From Anaerolineae bacterium (GTDB lineage: Bacteria; Chloroflexota; Anaerolineae; B4-G1; DUEL01), in assembly GCA_041082215.1 (NCBI GenBank), contig JBDOIF010000014.1:1-64000 (forward strand): DNA of 64,000 nucleotides. The letters are read 5' to 3'. The notes under the pieces were generated by a model, which did not search any database, was not told where the DNA came from, and worked only from the letters and a program-made list of their open reading frames with translations. This document shows positions 38,037-48,227 of this stretch, piece after piece. Positions within the stretch are counted from its first letter, which is position 1. Each line of letters begins with the position of its first letter. The position numbers were made by a program, and so were the translations under genes.

Positions 38037-38771
38037 ATGAGCCCTTCTCTTGATCTGAGCAGCCTCTTTGCCGCTGCGCTGCAGGCGCTGAAGGCCAACC
38101 GCCAGCAGATTAACGCGCTGGACGGCCACAACGGCAATCACGGTGACAACATGGTAGAGAACCTGCGCCTCATTACTTCCGCACTGCGCGCCCAACGTTC
38201 GCAGCCCCCGTCTCAGGCTCTGGAATATGCCAGTCGCCAACTTGAAACCCGGGGCCGGGGCGGTAGCCGGCAGTATTATGCACAGGGTCTCCGGCAAGCG
38301 GCCCAACAACTGGAGGGACGTTCTGAACTGAGCCCGGAGGACACCGTGGCGCTGGTACAGGCGTTGCTTGCTTCTCTGCCGCAGGAGGGATACCCGCAGC
38401 AAACCCAGACCGGCGGCAGTGTTCTCGACCAGTTGCTTGGCCAGCTCGGCCAGCAGCCAGCGCAGCCACAGCAGCAGGAACTCGGCATCCTGGAGCAGCT
38501 CCTTGGCGCAGGTGCCCAGCAGCCGACTCAACCCGAGGCAAAGGGTGGCGGCATCGATGCGGCCGACGTACTGGGCATCCTCCTGCCAGCGGGTATGGCT
38601 TTCCTGCAGGCCAAGCAGGCCGGCGCGGACACAACCGCTGCTGCAGGTCAGGCGCTGATGAGCGTGCTGCTGGGCGGGCAGATTAACCCACTCCAGGCAG
38701 GCAGTGCGCGTGCCGCCTCTGGCAGTCTGATCGCCCAGAGCATCCTTCAGGCGGTGATGGGCCAAAGGTAA
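38037..38771 (+). CDS. Hypothetical protein with degenerate DAK2/DhaL-like N-domain and Gln-rich C-terminus
   Basis: INALDGHNGNHGDNM resembles the DhaL LD...DGDHG.NM motif; ATG after GGAGG. Confidence 0.6.
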   Translation: MSPSLDLSSLFAAALQALKANRQQINALDGHNGNHGDNMVENLRLITSALRAQRSQPPSQALEYASRQLETRGRGGSRQYYAQGLRQAAQQLEGRSELSPEDTVALVQALLASLPQEGYPQQTQTGGSVLDQLLGQLGQQPAQPQQQELGILEQLLGAGAQQPTQPEAKGGGIDAADVLGILLPAGMAFLQAKQAGADTTAAAGQALMSVLLGGQINPLQAGSARAASGSLIAQSILQAVMGQR

Positions 38772-38801
38772 GGATATCCCACAAGTGAAAGGAGAGTAAC
38801 T

Positions 38802-39287
38802 ATGACCAAGAAAAAGTCCATAATACAAAAGGCGATCGATGCTGTGACCACGCGTGACGAGAAGGAAGAAGCCGAGGAGGCCAGGCAGGCTGCTGAGGCC
38901 GCCCGCGCCCAGGCAGCGCGGGAGAGTCAGGAAAAGGCGGCCGCTGAGGCAAGGGCGCGCGCCGCTGAGGCACGAGCCAAGGCCGCCGAAGAGCGCGCTC
39001 AAGCGGCTCAGAAGGCTGCTGCTGAAGCCAAAGCTCAGGCGGCCCGTATCGAGGCGGAGAAACGGAGACAACAGATGCTCGAGGAGATGGAACTCCGTAA
39101 GGCCCAGGCCGCCGCAGCCGCTGAACCGACCTACTATGTGGTCCAGCCAGGCGACAGCCTGAGCAAGATCGCACGAGATAAACTGGGGGACGCGAGTCGC
39201 TGGCCGGAGATCTTCGAGCTGAACAAAGATCAGATCAAGGATCCCAACCTCATTTACCCCGGGCAGAAGTTGCGCCTGCCCAAGTAG
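38802..39287 (+). CDS. LysM-domain protein with Ala/Glu-rich coiled coil
   Basis: YVVQPGDSLSKIA...WPEIFELN...DPNLIYPGQKLRLP; no signal peptide. Confidence 0.9.
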   Translation: MTKKKSIIQKAIDAVTTRDEKEEAEEARQAAEAARAQAARESQEKAAAEARARAAEARAKAAEERAQAAQKAAAEAKAQAARIEAEKRRQQMLEEMELRKAQAAAAAEPTYYVVQPGDSLSKIARDKLGDASRWPEIFELNKDQIKDPNLIYPGQKLRLPK

Positions 39288-39436
39288 TGTGGCGCTGAGA
39301 AGGAACTAAGGCCCCATCCCCAGCGGTTGCTTTGTGACGGCTTAGACTTCGTCGTCATCTTCGCGTAGTTTAGTCCAATACCATCTGCAGCTCTATGAGG
39401 ACCGACCCTGGCTCAGCAAGCAGGCTGTAGAGCCAA

Positions 39437-39492
39437 ACCTCGAAGGACACAAAGGGCACGAAGGGAAATTTCTCCTTCGTGTCCTTTGTGGT
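39437..39492. repeat. ACCACGAAG-type inverted repeat between convergent genes
   Basis: CGAAGGACACAAAGGGCACGAAGG...CCTTCGTGTCCTTTGTGGT. Confidence 0.65.
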
Positions 39493-41037
39493 TTAAAACC
39501 TCGCCACCAGCGGCAGGTACAGCCACACCGTCGGTTGCCAGTACTCGTATGCGCCGAGGTCCGGTTGAGCATCGCGGGGACGGTTCTCCAGGTCCACCGC
39601 CGGCACGCCGTCGGTTGTGCCTGCATTGATCGCTGGGCTGCCTGCCTGCAAGTGATAGTCTCCCACCTCACCCCACGCCGGACGGACGAAGAGCGGGTCG
39701 CCGCACAGGTTTCCCTCGCCCAGAGAAGCCAGTTCGGCGCAGGTGCAGGTTGTGTCGCCATAGGTCAGGATCACCTCGTTCTGCGGCAGGTAGAAGAGGT
39801 TGTGGTCGGCCACAAGGGTGCTGGCCGCGCCGATGTAGATGGGGCACTCCGGCCCCCGACCGCTGAAAACCGTGTTGCGCACCCTCACCTGCACCGGCAC
39901 GGGGCTGTCGTACTGGACATACATCAGGTAGTTCCGCCCCACATAGTCGTCAACGGTGACATTGACAATCTCGAAGCTGGCATCGGCCTGCTCCACCTGG
40001 TCAATGACGATGGCCGCCCAGGGGGTCGGCTCGGCGCTGCCATCCCCACGACCGTAGATGAGGGTGTTCTCTATGCGGCTGCCGGCACCCCAGAGTTTGA
40101 CCCCATCGCAGGAGTTGTTGGCGATAATGGACCGACGAATGGTCGTGCTGGCCGCTTTGGAGTCCAGCCCGTCGCCGTAGTTGTGCTCCGCTACTGTCTC
40201 CTCAATAAGGATGGGGCCCTGCGAAGGCTCGACGCCGAAACCGTCGGGGCGGTCGTAGGGGCGAGCTGAGCCGTCGCCGCCCTGGTAGTAGTGGCCGCTC
40301 CAGGAGAGGGAGCAGCCGCGGATGGTGACGTTCCGCCAGCCGCCGTGCTCCCCGGCCGGGCCGCCCAGTGCGCCGAAGCCGCAGTATTCGATGCGGCAAT
40401 TCAGGATTTGCAGGTCCTCCACATCCTGGATGTCCATCCCGAACTCGTCTATGTGGTGGATATACAGGTCTTGCAGGACGATGTGGGCCGAGGGAGCGCC
40501 GAGAATCTCCACCCCTTCGCGGAACCAGGCCGCCTCGCCGGTCGCGGCATCGTCGTGGGTGATCTCCAGGTTCTCCACACGCACGTACTGGACGCCGGAG
40601 AGGTTAATGGCGGTGATGAGATTATCCCGCCCGACCAGGATGGGGCGGTTTCCCTCCTCGCCTTTGATGGTGATCCAGGCGGAGGGGGTGCCGGAGGGCG
40701 GGGTGATGATGTCGGTGTCGTACTCGTGCAGGGTATAGCGGCCGCCCATGATGATGAGGGTGTCGCCGGGGGCCAGTTGCCGCGAGCCGTAACCGGGCGT
40801 AGCCCAGGGCTGCTCGCGGGTGCCGGGGTTGGCGTTGTCGCCATTGGGAGCGACGTAGAAGGTGCGGCCCGAGACGGTGGTCGCCCCACCCGGGGCCGGC
40901 GGGGAGGTCGCCGCGGGGCTGGGCGCGGGCGTCTCGCCGGCGACAGGCATAGCCGGGGTTGCCGGAGCCATCAGGTTGCAGGCGAGGGTCAGAGAGAGGA
41001 CGAGCATCAGAGTGCCGAGAAAGCGACAGGCTTGCAT
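39493..41037 (-). CDS. Right-handed beta-helix lipoprotein with C-terminal YLPL tag
   Basis: Lipobox TLAC, FYVAPNGDNANPGT..QPWAT, DYHLQAGSPAINAG...DLGAYEY (choice-of-anchor Q-like), ends LYLPLVARF. Confidence 0.8.
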   Translation of the reverse strand: MQACRFLGTLMLVLSLTLACNLMAPATPAMPVAGETPAPSPAATSPPAPGGATTVSGRTFYVAPNGDNANPGTREQPWATPGYGSRQLAPGDTLIIMGGRYTLHEYDTDIITPPSGTPSAWITIKGEEGNRPILVGRDNLITAINLSGVQYVRVENLEITHDDAATGEAAWFREGVEILGAPSAHIVLQDLYIHHIDEFGMDIQDVEDLQILNCRIEYCGFGALGGPAGEHGGWRNVTIRGCSLSWSGHYYQGGDGSARPYDRPDGFGVEPSQGPILIEETVAEHNYGDGLDSKAASTTIRRSIIANNSCDGVKLWGAGSRIENTLIYGRGDGSAEPTPWAAIVIDQVEQADASFEIVNVTVDDYVGRNYLMYVQYDSPVPVQVRVRNTVFSGRGPECPIYIGAASTLVADHNLFYLPQNEVILTYGDTTCTCAELASLGEGNLCGDPLFVRPAWGEVGDYHLQAGSPAINAGTTDGVPAVDLENRPRDAQPDLGAYEYWQPTVWLYLPLVARF

Positions 41038-41082
41038 AGGGACCTCCTGGCCCTCACCCACCGGCCAGGGGAAGGGTGAGGG

Positions 41083-43476
41083 CTAGAAATTCCTCAATAT
41101 CAGGGGCAGGTAAACCTCCCACGAACACGATTGGGTCTCGCAGGCGCCCATATCCACAATGGGCGGCGTGCCGTTGCCGGTGTCGGGGACGCAGGGAACA
41201 TCTGTGAAGCGGGGGTTGCCGTCCAGATCGGTGGTGACGCCGGAGGGCACGGCGGTGTTATCGCCTGCGTCAATGGCCGGGGAATCACAGCCCAGATGCA
41301 GGTCGCCGATAGCTGGATCCACGAAACGGGGGTTGGCGTCAATATTTCCGCCGCCGTCGGTGCCACAGGCAGAGTTCCAGCCGCTGCCGGAGCTGCCGCA
41401 TCCCTGAATGTCGCTGTAGACAACGAGAGGAGCGCTACCGACATTGTAGATCTCTGAGCCATCCGGAGCGGTATCGCCCCACAGGATGAGGTTCGTCAGG
41501 GTCACGGCGCTGGTGTGATTGTACATGCCACCGCCCTCCGTGGCGGCCACATTTCCGCTGAAGGTGACATTGGTAAACTCCAGACTGCCAGCATTGTTGT
41601 ATACTCCCCCACCCTGCGATTGGGTAGCCGTGTTGTTTTCAAACATCCCATTCACCAGTGCTGGATGGCTGGAGGAGTTGTACATCCCGCCACCCCTCGC
41701 AGCCGTGTTTTCGCGGAAGGTCACCCCGGTCAGCACAGGCGCGCTGTTGGATAGATTGACCATGCCGCCGCCGCCCGAATTGGCGGCGGTGGCGCTGTTT
41801 TGGGCAAAGGTAACGTGGGTTAATCTGGGACTACCCCCAGTATTATGTAACCCACCGCCGAAATATGTGGCGGTGTTGTTATTGAAGGCTGCATCCGTGA
41901 TGACCGGAGCGCCATAGGAGTTGAACATTCCGCCGCCCCATTTTGCAGTGTTGCTGTAGAAGGTCACAAATGACAGACCGGCCGAACTGCTCGCGCTGCT
42001 CAGATATAGCCCCCCACCGCTATCGGCCCCATTTCCGTGAAAGGTCACCTGATACAGGCCCGGACCTCCTCCTTCAATGAAACTTCCCCCGCCGTTGACC
42101 GTCGCCGTATTGGTCATGAAATCAACGTGTGTTAAATAGGGGCCATTATCGTTGACGCTGTACAGGCCGCCGCCTGACGCTGTAGCCGTGTTGCTGTAGA
42201 AGACGACATCAGTCAGTGCAGGCACGCTGTACTCACTATACAGGCCGCCGCCGTTTTCGGCCGAGTTGTCTTCAAAGGTGACATAGTCGAGCCTCGGGGT
42301 GCTTCCGGTGCTGTACATTCCACCGCCGTCGCCCCAGGGGGCCGAATTGCTGCTGAAAGTGACCTCAATGAGACGGGGGTTGCTTTCCTGTTCGCTGTAC
42401 ATCCCGCCGCCGTGACCCATCGCCGTATTCCCGCTAAAGGCGACATCGGTAAGCGTGGGGCTGCTCTGGTAGTTGTACATCCCGCCGCCATGGCTTATGC
42501 TCGCTCTGTTCCCAACAAAGGTGACGTGGGTGAGGGTGGGCTTGCTCTGGTTGTATTGGTTGAACCCGAAGTTATACATCCCACCGCCGTTGGTGGCCGA
42601 ATTGCCGCTGAAGGTGACGCTGTTCAGTACAGGGTTGCTGGTATAATTGTACATCCCTCCACCGGCATGTGCCGCTGAATTCTCGCTGAACGTCACGTCC
42701 TCCAGCGTTGGGCTGCTCCCATTGTTATACATCCCACCGCCGGCAGGGGACCCCGCGCCGCCCTCGGAGTTGGCCGCGTTGCCGCGAAAGATGACGTGCG
42801 CCAGTGCCGCGTTGCTCCCCTCTTCGTTGTACATCCCTCCGCCGTATTGGGCCAGATTCCCGCTGAAGGTGAGGTTCCTCACCGTCGGGCTGCTTTCAAA
42901 GTTATACATCCCACCGCCGCGCTGGTTCCAGAAGAACGAGCCATCAGCCTTGCCAGCGGTGATGACAAAGCCGTCCAGGGTGGCGCTCATCACACTGCTG
43001 GCCTTCACCACGTGGTAACTGTTCGTGCCGGTGATGTGGGCCGTGGTGGTCACCACGCCGTTGGGGTCGGTGATGTCGTTACCGTCAATATCCCCGCTCA
43101 GGACGGTGATGTTGGCTTCCCAGTTCCGTTCATCCCGGTTGTTCTCGTTTCCGGCAAAGCCGCCGTAGAGGGCCACGCCGTCCTTCAGATTGAAAGAGGC
43201 CTCCCGCGGGTCCACAAGGCCGGTGGGATCGGGAATGTGCACGCCTGCTTTGACCCAGATTTCATCGCCGCTGATGGCGTTGGCCAGGGCTGTTTGCAGG
43301 GTGCAGGCGTTGGCCCAGTCGGAGCAATCGCCATTGCCCTGGGCCATCGGCGCGGCGTACAGGACGCCGGGGTCGGCGCACGCCGTGTGGTGGGCGGTCA
43401 GCGTTCCCACCCCTGCAAACAGAAGCCCTACGAACAGAACTGTGAACCCCACTTGAAGATGCTTGTTCCTTGCCAT
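41083..43476 (-). CDS. Secreted beta-helix repeat protein (GGGMYN/FxxN repeats) with C-terminal YLPL tag
   Basis: Signal peptide; many GGG(M/L)Y...TFxxN repeats; DLHL...SPAIDAG...VDMGA; ends VYLPLILRNF. Confidence 0.85.
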   Translation of the reverse strand: MARNKHLQVGFTVLFVGLLFAGVGTLTAHHTACADPGVLYAAPMAQGNGDCSDWANACTLQTALANAISGDEIWVKAGVHIPDPTGLVDPREASFNLKDGVALYGGFAGNENNRDERNWEANITVLSGDIDGNDITDPNGVVTTTAHITGTNSYHVVKASSVMSATLDGFVITAGKADGSFFWNQRGGGMYNFESSPTVRNLTFSGNLAQYGGGMYNEEGSNAALAHVIFRGNAANSEGGAGSPAGGGMYNNGSSPTLEDVTFSENSAAHAGGGMYNYTSNPVLNSVTFSGNSATNGGGMYNFGFNQYNQSKPTLTHVTFVGNRASISHGGGMYNYQSSPTLTDVAFSGNTAMGHGGGMYSEQESNPRLIEVTFSSNSAPWGDGGGMYSTGSTPRLDYVTFEDNSAENGGGLYSEYSVPALTDVVFYSNTATASGGGLYSVNDNGPYLTHVDFMTNTATVNGGGSFIEGGGPGLYQVTFHGNGADSGGGLYLSSASSSAGLSFVTFYSNTAKWGGGMFNSYGAPVITDAAFNNNTATYFGGGLHNTGGSPRLTHVTFAQNSATAANSGGGGMVNLSNSAPVLTGVTFRENTAARGGGMYNSSSHPALVNGMFENNTATQSQGGGVYNNAGSLEFTNVTFSGNVAATEGGGMYNHTSAVTLTNLILWGDTAPDGSEIYNVGSAPLVVYSDIQGCGSSGSGWNSACGTDGGGNIDANPRFVDPAIGDLHLGCDSPAIDAGDNTAVPSGVTTDLDGNPRFTDVPCVPDTGNGTPPIVDMGACETQSCSWEVYLPLILRNF

Positions 43477-43575
43477 TCTCAACCTCCTGCATCAAAGCAG
43501 ACGCTCGCCTGGGTGTTCGAAAGCGCCCATGTGAGTACAATAGGGGAAATCGTTGAGTCACAGGGGCGAGATTCC

Positions 43576-44640
43576 ATGAGCGGATCGCGCATACGCTCCA
43601 TAGACCTGGCTCGCGGGCTGGCTCTGCTATCCATGGTGATGGTGCACGTGCTGGGGCTGTACGGCACGCCTGCTCTGAACCGCTCGCTGCTGGCCGCGGC
43701 TATCAAGTTCCTGGGAGGGCCTCCATCCGCGCCGGTCCTGATGTTCCTGATGGGGACATCGCTCATGTTCTCGAGGCGCTCCACCCTGAGGGATGGCCTG
43801 CGTCGAGGGGGCATGCTGCTCTTCCTGGCTTATCTTCTGAATTTCCTGCGCGGCACTTTGCCCGCCCTTGTAGGCCTGAGATTCGGCGTCATCGCCCCGG
43901 ACGATATCCCCGCCTCGCCCGCCTCCCTCTTCTGGGCAGGAGACATCCTGCACTTTGCCGGCCTGGCGCTGATCCTGCTGGCACTGGCGCGATGGCTTTT
44001 TCCCCGACCGGCAGTCTGGCTTACCCTGGCAGGAGCCGTAGCGATCGGGTCGCCGTGGCTCTGGGGCCGCATGAGCGGCTGGTCTCCTCTGGACCGGCTG
44101 CTCACCCTGCTATGGGGCGCAACCGACAGCGTCTCCTTCCCGGTCTTCCCCTGGCTCTGCTATCCGCTGACCGGCATGGCCTTCGGCTACTGGCTCGCCA
44201 CCTCTGCCGATCGCGACAGGCCGTTTCGGCGCGCTGCATGGACCGGACTGACGCTTCTCCTCGTGGGCGCGGGGGTCACGTGGACCCATCCGGCATTTCA
44301 CATCGGCGACTACTGGCGCAGCGGCCCCGGCGCAGTGATATGGATCACCGGCTTCGTGCTCCTCTGGTTATCCTTGTGCCACTGGCTCGTCAAACGGGTG
44401 CCGGCAAACCCGCTCCTTCACCTGTTCTACTATTGGAGCGAACACGTCACCGCATTTTTCTGTCTTCACTGGATGGTCATTGTATGGGGCATGGGACTCG
44501 TTGGCTATCAGCAACAGCGACTGCCGGTTGTGGTCCTCCTCATGATCGCGGTAGCTGCGGCAACCGACCGGCTCACTCGCATCTGGGTACGCTGGCGGAC
44601 GCACTGGCCCTCTTTCCGGCGGCCCGTCGGGAGTCTATGA
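43576..44640 (+). CDS. DUF1624 / heparan-alpha-glucosaminide N-acetyltransferase-like membrane protein
   Basis: RIRSIDLARGLALLSMVMVH, DILH, FPVFPW. Confidence 0.78.
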   Translation: MSGSRIRSIDLARGLALLSMVMVHVLGLYGTPALNRSLLAAAIKFLGGPPSAPVLMFLMGTSLMFSRRSTLRDGLRRGGMLLFLAYLLNFLRGTLPALVGLRFGVIAPDDIPASPASLFWAGDILHFAGLALILLALARWLFPRPAVWLTLAGAVAIGSPWLWGRMSGWSPLDRLLTLLWGATDSVSFPVFPWLCYPLTGMAFGYWLATSADRDRPFRRAAWTGLTLLLVGAGVTWTHPAFHIGDYWRSGPGAVIWITGFVLLWLSLCHWLVKRVPANPLLHLFYYWSEHVTAFFCLHWMVIVWGMGLVGYQQQRLPVVVLLMIAVAAATDRLTRIWVRWRTHWPSFRRPVGSL

Positions 44641-44696
44641 CCCCCGACGGGCCTGGCCGGAGCCAGCAGGGCGATGAAGCGTACCCGGTCCCTCGC

Positions 44697-45881
44697 TCAT
44701 TCTATAACACACTCAAAGTACAGCCACGGTGATTGAGGGCCGTGGTTCCCCGCATTGTCAATGGCCCAGACCGCCCAGCGCAGTGGGTTGTCAACGTACT
44801 CATGCGGCTCAGTCCACTCGGTGACATCCACCGAGGTGTCGTAGACGATGAAATACGGCGGACTACTCTGCCATTGAGCGCCATCGTACCATTGCAGGTT
44901 GACCCGGTAACCCTGAATGCCGCTGGGGTCCGAGACCGCATTCCAGCGCAAGACGACGGGGTGGCAGGCTTGCTGGGGATCATTGGGATTGTTGCTGCCC
45001 GGCCCGATGGGGACGGGGGCGGGCGGTGGGGTCCTGTCCTGCGGCGGAGTGGGGGTGACGCAGTAGCCCGTCACGTTGATCGTCAGGGTGCGGATGTCGT
45101 GGGAGCCGTTCCGCAGCAGCACATCCAGCGTATGCGTCTCGGCACTGCAGGGACAGGTCTGATGGCTGCCCCAACCGGCAACCCCCTGCCCGTCGAAGAA
45201 GACCGCCTGGACGTTGGATGTCTCCCAGTGGACGGTGGTGCAGGAGCCAGCCTGGATGGTGGTGGCGTCCGCCCAGAAGTTGACGGTGGCCTGCGGCGTG
45301 GGGGTGGGCGTGGGCGTGTCGGTGGGCCGGGGCGTGGGCGTATCGGTGGGCCGGGACGTGGGGGAGGGAGTGGGCGTGTTGGTGGGCAGAATAACCGCTG
45401 TCGGGACAACGGGGGTCACCGCCAGAGGGGGCGTTGAGGTGAGGCCAGGCTCGATCGGCTGAGGGGTCGGCTGGGCAAAGATGTGCACAGTGATGGAGTC
45501 GGATGTGGCCTCCTGGCCGTCCTGGGTCACAGCGCGGATACGGAGCTTGTGGTCTCCAGGCACACCGGCGGACCAGTTCGCCACGCCCACCCACACGCCC
45601 CCATCGGCGCTGCTGCTTTCTATCCTGACCGTCAGCGGAAGGGTGTCGAGTTCATCCACCTGCAACCACATCTGCGAAAGCATAACCCCCGGCCCGGTCG
45701 TGGCGCGTGCCGTCACCTCCACCGGCTGGTTGATAGCATAATGGGCATCGTTGGCCGGGACCTCAAGATACAGCCCCGTGATCGGGCCTGCCTCTTCACT
45801 ACTTTTATAATACACGCTGCAACCAGAGAACACAATTACTAACAGCAGGGCAAGAGCCAAGCGAATCCATTGCATACGCAT
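44697..45881 (-). CDS. Lipoprotein with Ig-like domain, PT linker and FN3-like C-domain
   Basis: Lipobox FSGC; TPTPRPTDTPTP linker; LRWNAVSDPSGIQGYRV...WAIDNAGN. Confidence 0.75.
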   Translation of the reverse strand: MRMQWIRLALALLLVIVFSGCSVYYKSSEEAGPITGLYLEVPANDAHYAINQPVEVTARATTGPGVMLSQMWLQVDELDTLPLTVRIESSSADGGVWVGVANWSAGVPGDHKLRIRAVTQDGQEATSDSITVHIFAQPTPQPIEPGLTSTPPLAVTPVVPTAVILPTNTPTPSPTSRPTDTPTPRPTDTPTPTPTPQATVNFWADATTIQAGSCTTVHWETSNVQAVFFDGQGVAGWGSHQTCPCSAETHTLDVLLRNGSHDIRTLTINVTGYCVTPTPPQDRTPPPAPVPIGPGSNNPNDPQQACHPVVLRWNAVSDPSGIQGYRVNLQWYDGAQWQSSPPYFIVYDTSVDVTEWTEPHEYVDNPLRWAVWAIDNAGNHGPQSPWLYFECVIE

Positions 45882-45908
45882 GCTCTCCTCCTTTCCGGTT
45901 CGCGCGCG

Positions 45909-47621
45909 CTAATCGCAGTTGCCTTCACAGATGCGGTAGTATATGGTGAAAGTGTCGGCGCCCCCCTCGCTGACCGCCTCCCTGGTGCTGCCGTCCCAGT
46001 CCTCGCGGGGGTGGTCACGCACGACACGTCCCAGATACACTTCAGGGCCCTCCGGGGCCGGCATCCCGAAACAGCGCATCGAAAGCCTCAGCACAACCCG
46101 GTCCGTTGTCAGGTCCACGCTGCGCTGGTCGCCGAGATTCCAGACGAAGGGCTCCTCTCGTTCAAGCGAGTGATGATCCCAGGGCAGCCGCAGCGGGGAT
46201 AAGCCTCCGACCTCCACGTAGCAGTAGACGGACTTCCAGTCCTGACGGGTGTACAGCCGCTCGCCCAGGCGGATCTGCACTTCCACCTGCGGGCCTGTGA
46301 CCTCTCCTTCGTACTCTCCGAAGCCAGGGCAGCCCAGGATATCGCCGGGGTTATCAGGACATCCATCGTCAGCGTCCACAACCCCATCCCCGTCGGAGTC
46401 GGTGCAGCGGGAGGGGAAAAGCTGACACTGGAGGAACGTCGGACCGCCGTGGACGACCTGGCCTCCCCGCGAGGACAGCGGGCACCCCCCCCTGCCCGCC
46501 AGCCCTGCCTCCTGTGGACAACGGTCGTCGGCATCCGTCAGGCCATCCCCGTCGGAATCGGTGCAGGTGGGCGATGAGATGCCGCCGGCCAGGCGAAGCA
46601 GGCTGCAGAGCAACTCCTGCTGACGCCGCGCCTGCTCCACGATGTCCTCTACAGGGGGGCAACCGTTGCCCTGAGCCGACCCGGAAATGGTCGGGCATTC
46701 GTCCCCATCGTCAGGGGTGCCGTCTCCGTCCTGATCGTTGGCGGCCACCTGCGGACAGCCGCCGTTCTCCTGCACGCCAGCCACGTCGGGGCACTGGTCC
46801 TGATCGTCAGCCACTCCATCGCCGTCCCGGTCGCCGCTCGGGCCGGAGCAGCCCAGGCCGCCGGCGGGGCCGGGCTGGCCGTCGCACGGGTCCTGGCTGT
46901 CGGTCACGCCGTCGCCGTCCTGATCGCTCCTTCCCGGATCAGGGCAGCCCTGCCCATCGGGCGGGCCGGCCTGGTCAGGACATCCGTCCACCCCATCGGC
47001 GAAGCCGTCCCCATCCCGGTCGGGTGGCTGCGGACACCCGCCGTTGGCAGCCAGGCCGAAGCCGTCCGGGCACTGGTCCTGGGAATCCGGCACGCCGTCC
47101 CCGTCCCGGTCGCTCTCGGTGACGGTTGTGCAACCCTGGGCCTGGAGGATGCCCTCCTGGTCAGGGCAGGCGTCCGCATCGTCCGGCACGCCGTCGCTGT
47201 CCTGGTCAGAGGCTTCCACCGCCTGGACGCGCACGGAGGCGCTGGCCGTCCCCCCCCATTGCGTGTAGGCTTGGGCCATCAGCGTGTGGTCGCCCGCCGT
47301 ATGAGGCGTCCAGGTCAGGACGGTCTGCACGGTGGAACCTGTGGCCGGCAGATCGCCTGCCAGCTGCCCGTCGGCCCACAGTTGCAGCCGGACCAGGGGG
47401 TCGCCGGGAGCCACCGCCTGCACGTGCACCGCCGTCGCCGCACCGACCCCGACCCGGGCGCCGTATGGAGGGGTGATGATGGAGACGACGGGAGGGGTGG
47501 CTTCCCTTCGTCCCAGCCTGCTCACGAACGCCAGTCCCACGGCTACCAGGGACAGCAGAAGACAGCCCACCATCACCCAGACCATGACCGTGAGCAGCCG
47601 AAGGCGTCGTTCATTTCCCAT
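45909..47621 (-). CDS. Membrane-anchored thrombospondin type 3 repeat protein with Ig-like domain
   Basis: N-terminal TM; eight DxDxDGxxDxxDxC repeats. Confidence 0.85.
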   Translation of the reverse strand: MGNERRLRLLTVMVWVMVGCLLLSLVAVGLAFVSRLGRREATPPVVSIITPPYGARVGVGAATAVHVQAVAPGDPLVRLQLWADGQLAGDLPATGSTVQTVLTWTPHTAGDHTLMAQAYTQWGGTASASVRVQAVEASDQDSDGVPDDADACPDQEGILQAQGCTTVTESDRDGDGVPDSQDQCPDGFGLAANGGCPQPPDRDGDGFADGVDGCPDQAGPPDGQGCPDPGRSDQDGDGVTDSQDPCDGQPGPAGGLGCSGPSGDRDGDGVADDQDQCPDVAGVQENGGCPQVAANDQDGDGTPDDGDECPTISGSAQGNGCPPVEDIVEQARRQQELLCSLLRLAGGISSPTCTDSDGDGLTDADDRCPQEAGLAGRGGCPLSSRGGQVVHGGPTFLQCQLFPSRCTDSDGDGVVDADDGCPDNPGDILGCPGFGEYEGEVTGPQVEVQIRLGERLYTRQDWKSVYCYVEVGGLSPLRLPWDHHSLEREEPFVWNLGDQRSVDLTTDRVVLRLSMRCFGMPAPEGPEVYLGRVVRDHPREDWDGSTREAVSEGGADTFTIYYRICEGNCD

Positions 47622-47622
47622 T

Positions 47623-48096
47623 TCATGCCTCCTCTTGTTTCGGGTCATTTCCGACGTTACCCTCCCGCAGAGTGTGCGCTACTTTTTCCACGATCCGTCC
47701 GGCGACGTTGGGGCTCAGATAGGCCTCGCCCCGCGCCACGGCCCGGATGGCCTCTACAACCGCCTCGGGCCGCAAGGCCCCCTTCGCCAGATGCCCCCGT
47801 GCTCCCTGCTGGAGCGCTTCCAGCAACCGGGGCCCTTCCGCCTCGTCGTGCAGGATGATGAGCCGGGTCCCCGGGAAGCGGGCGATCACTCGGGCGACCC
47901 CCGCGGCTTCCCCCACAGCGCCCAGGTCTGCCAGAAGCACCTGGGGAGGCCGCGAGAGTGTCTGCCCCAGTACCTCCTGCTCATCCTTCCCCTCACCCAC
48001 GATGGCGATGCCACCGGTAGCTTCCAGCCAGACCCGCAAACGCTGCCGAATGGTAACGTCCGCATCCAGAATGGCGACGGTGATTGGACCGACCAT
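47623..48096 (-). CDS. Stand-alone atypical receiver-domain protein (NarL-type REC, no HTH)
   Basis: VAILDAD, LLADL, GARGHLAK, AIRAVARGEAYLSP, then ends. Confidence 0.78.
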   Translation of the reverse strand: MVGPITVAILDADVTIRQRLRVWLEATGGIAIVGEGKDEQEVLGQTLSRPPQVLLADLGAVGEAAGVARVIARFPGTRLIILHDEAEGPRLLEALQQGARGHLAKGALRPEAVVEAIRAVARGEAYLSPNVAGRIVEKVAHTLREGNVGNDPKQEEA

Positions 48097-48165
48097 GGTT
48101 ACCCCCTCGGCCCCATGATGCCACATCGCGATCCCTGCCCGCAAGAGTAGAAGTTCCCCATTGGG

Positions 48166-48199
48166 GAAAGAAAAAGGTACCCTCGTCGAGGGTACCTTT
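48166..48199 (-). terminator. Intrinsic terminator after the small YLPL protein gene
   Basis: Minus strand GGTACCCTC-GAC-GAGGGTACC followed by TTTTTCTTT. Confidence 0.7.
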
Positions 48200-48227
48200 C
48201 CACCACGAAGGGCGTGCTCTAGCAGAC

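Noticed and set aside
48173..48199. 27-bp palindrome as a regulator operator
   Set aside because: It is followed by a U-tract on the minus strand just after a stop codon, so a terminator is the simpler reading; an operator role is not excluded.
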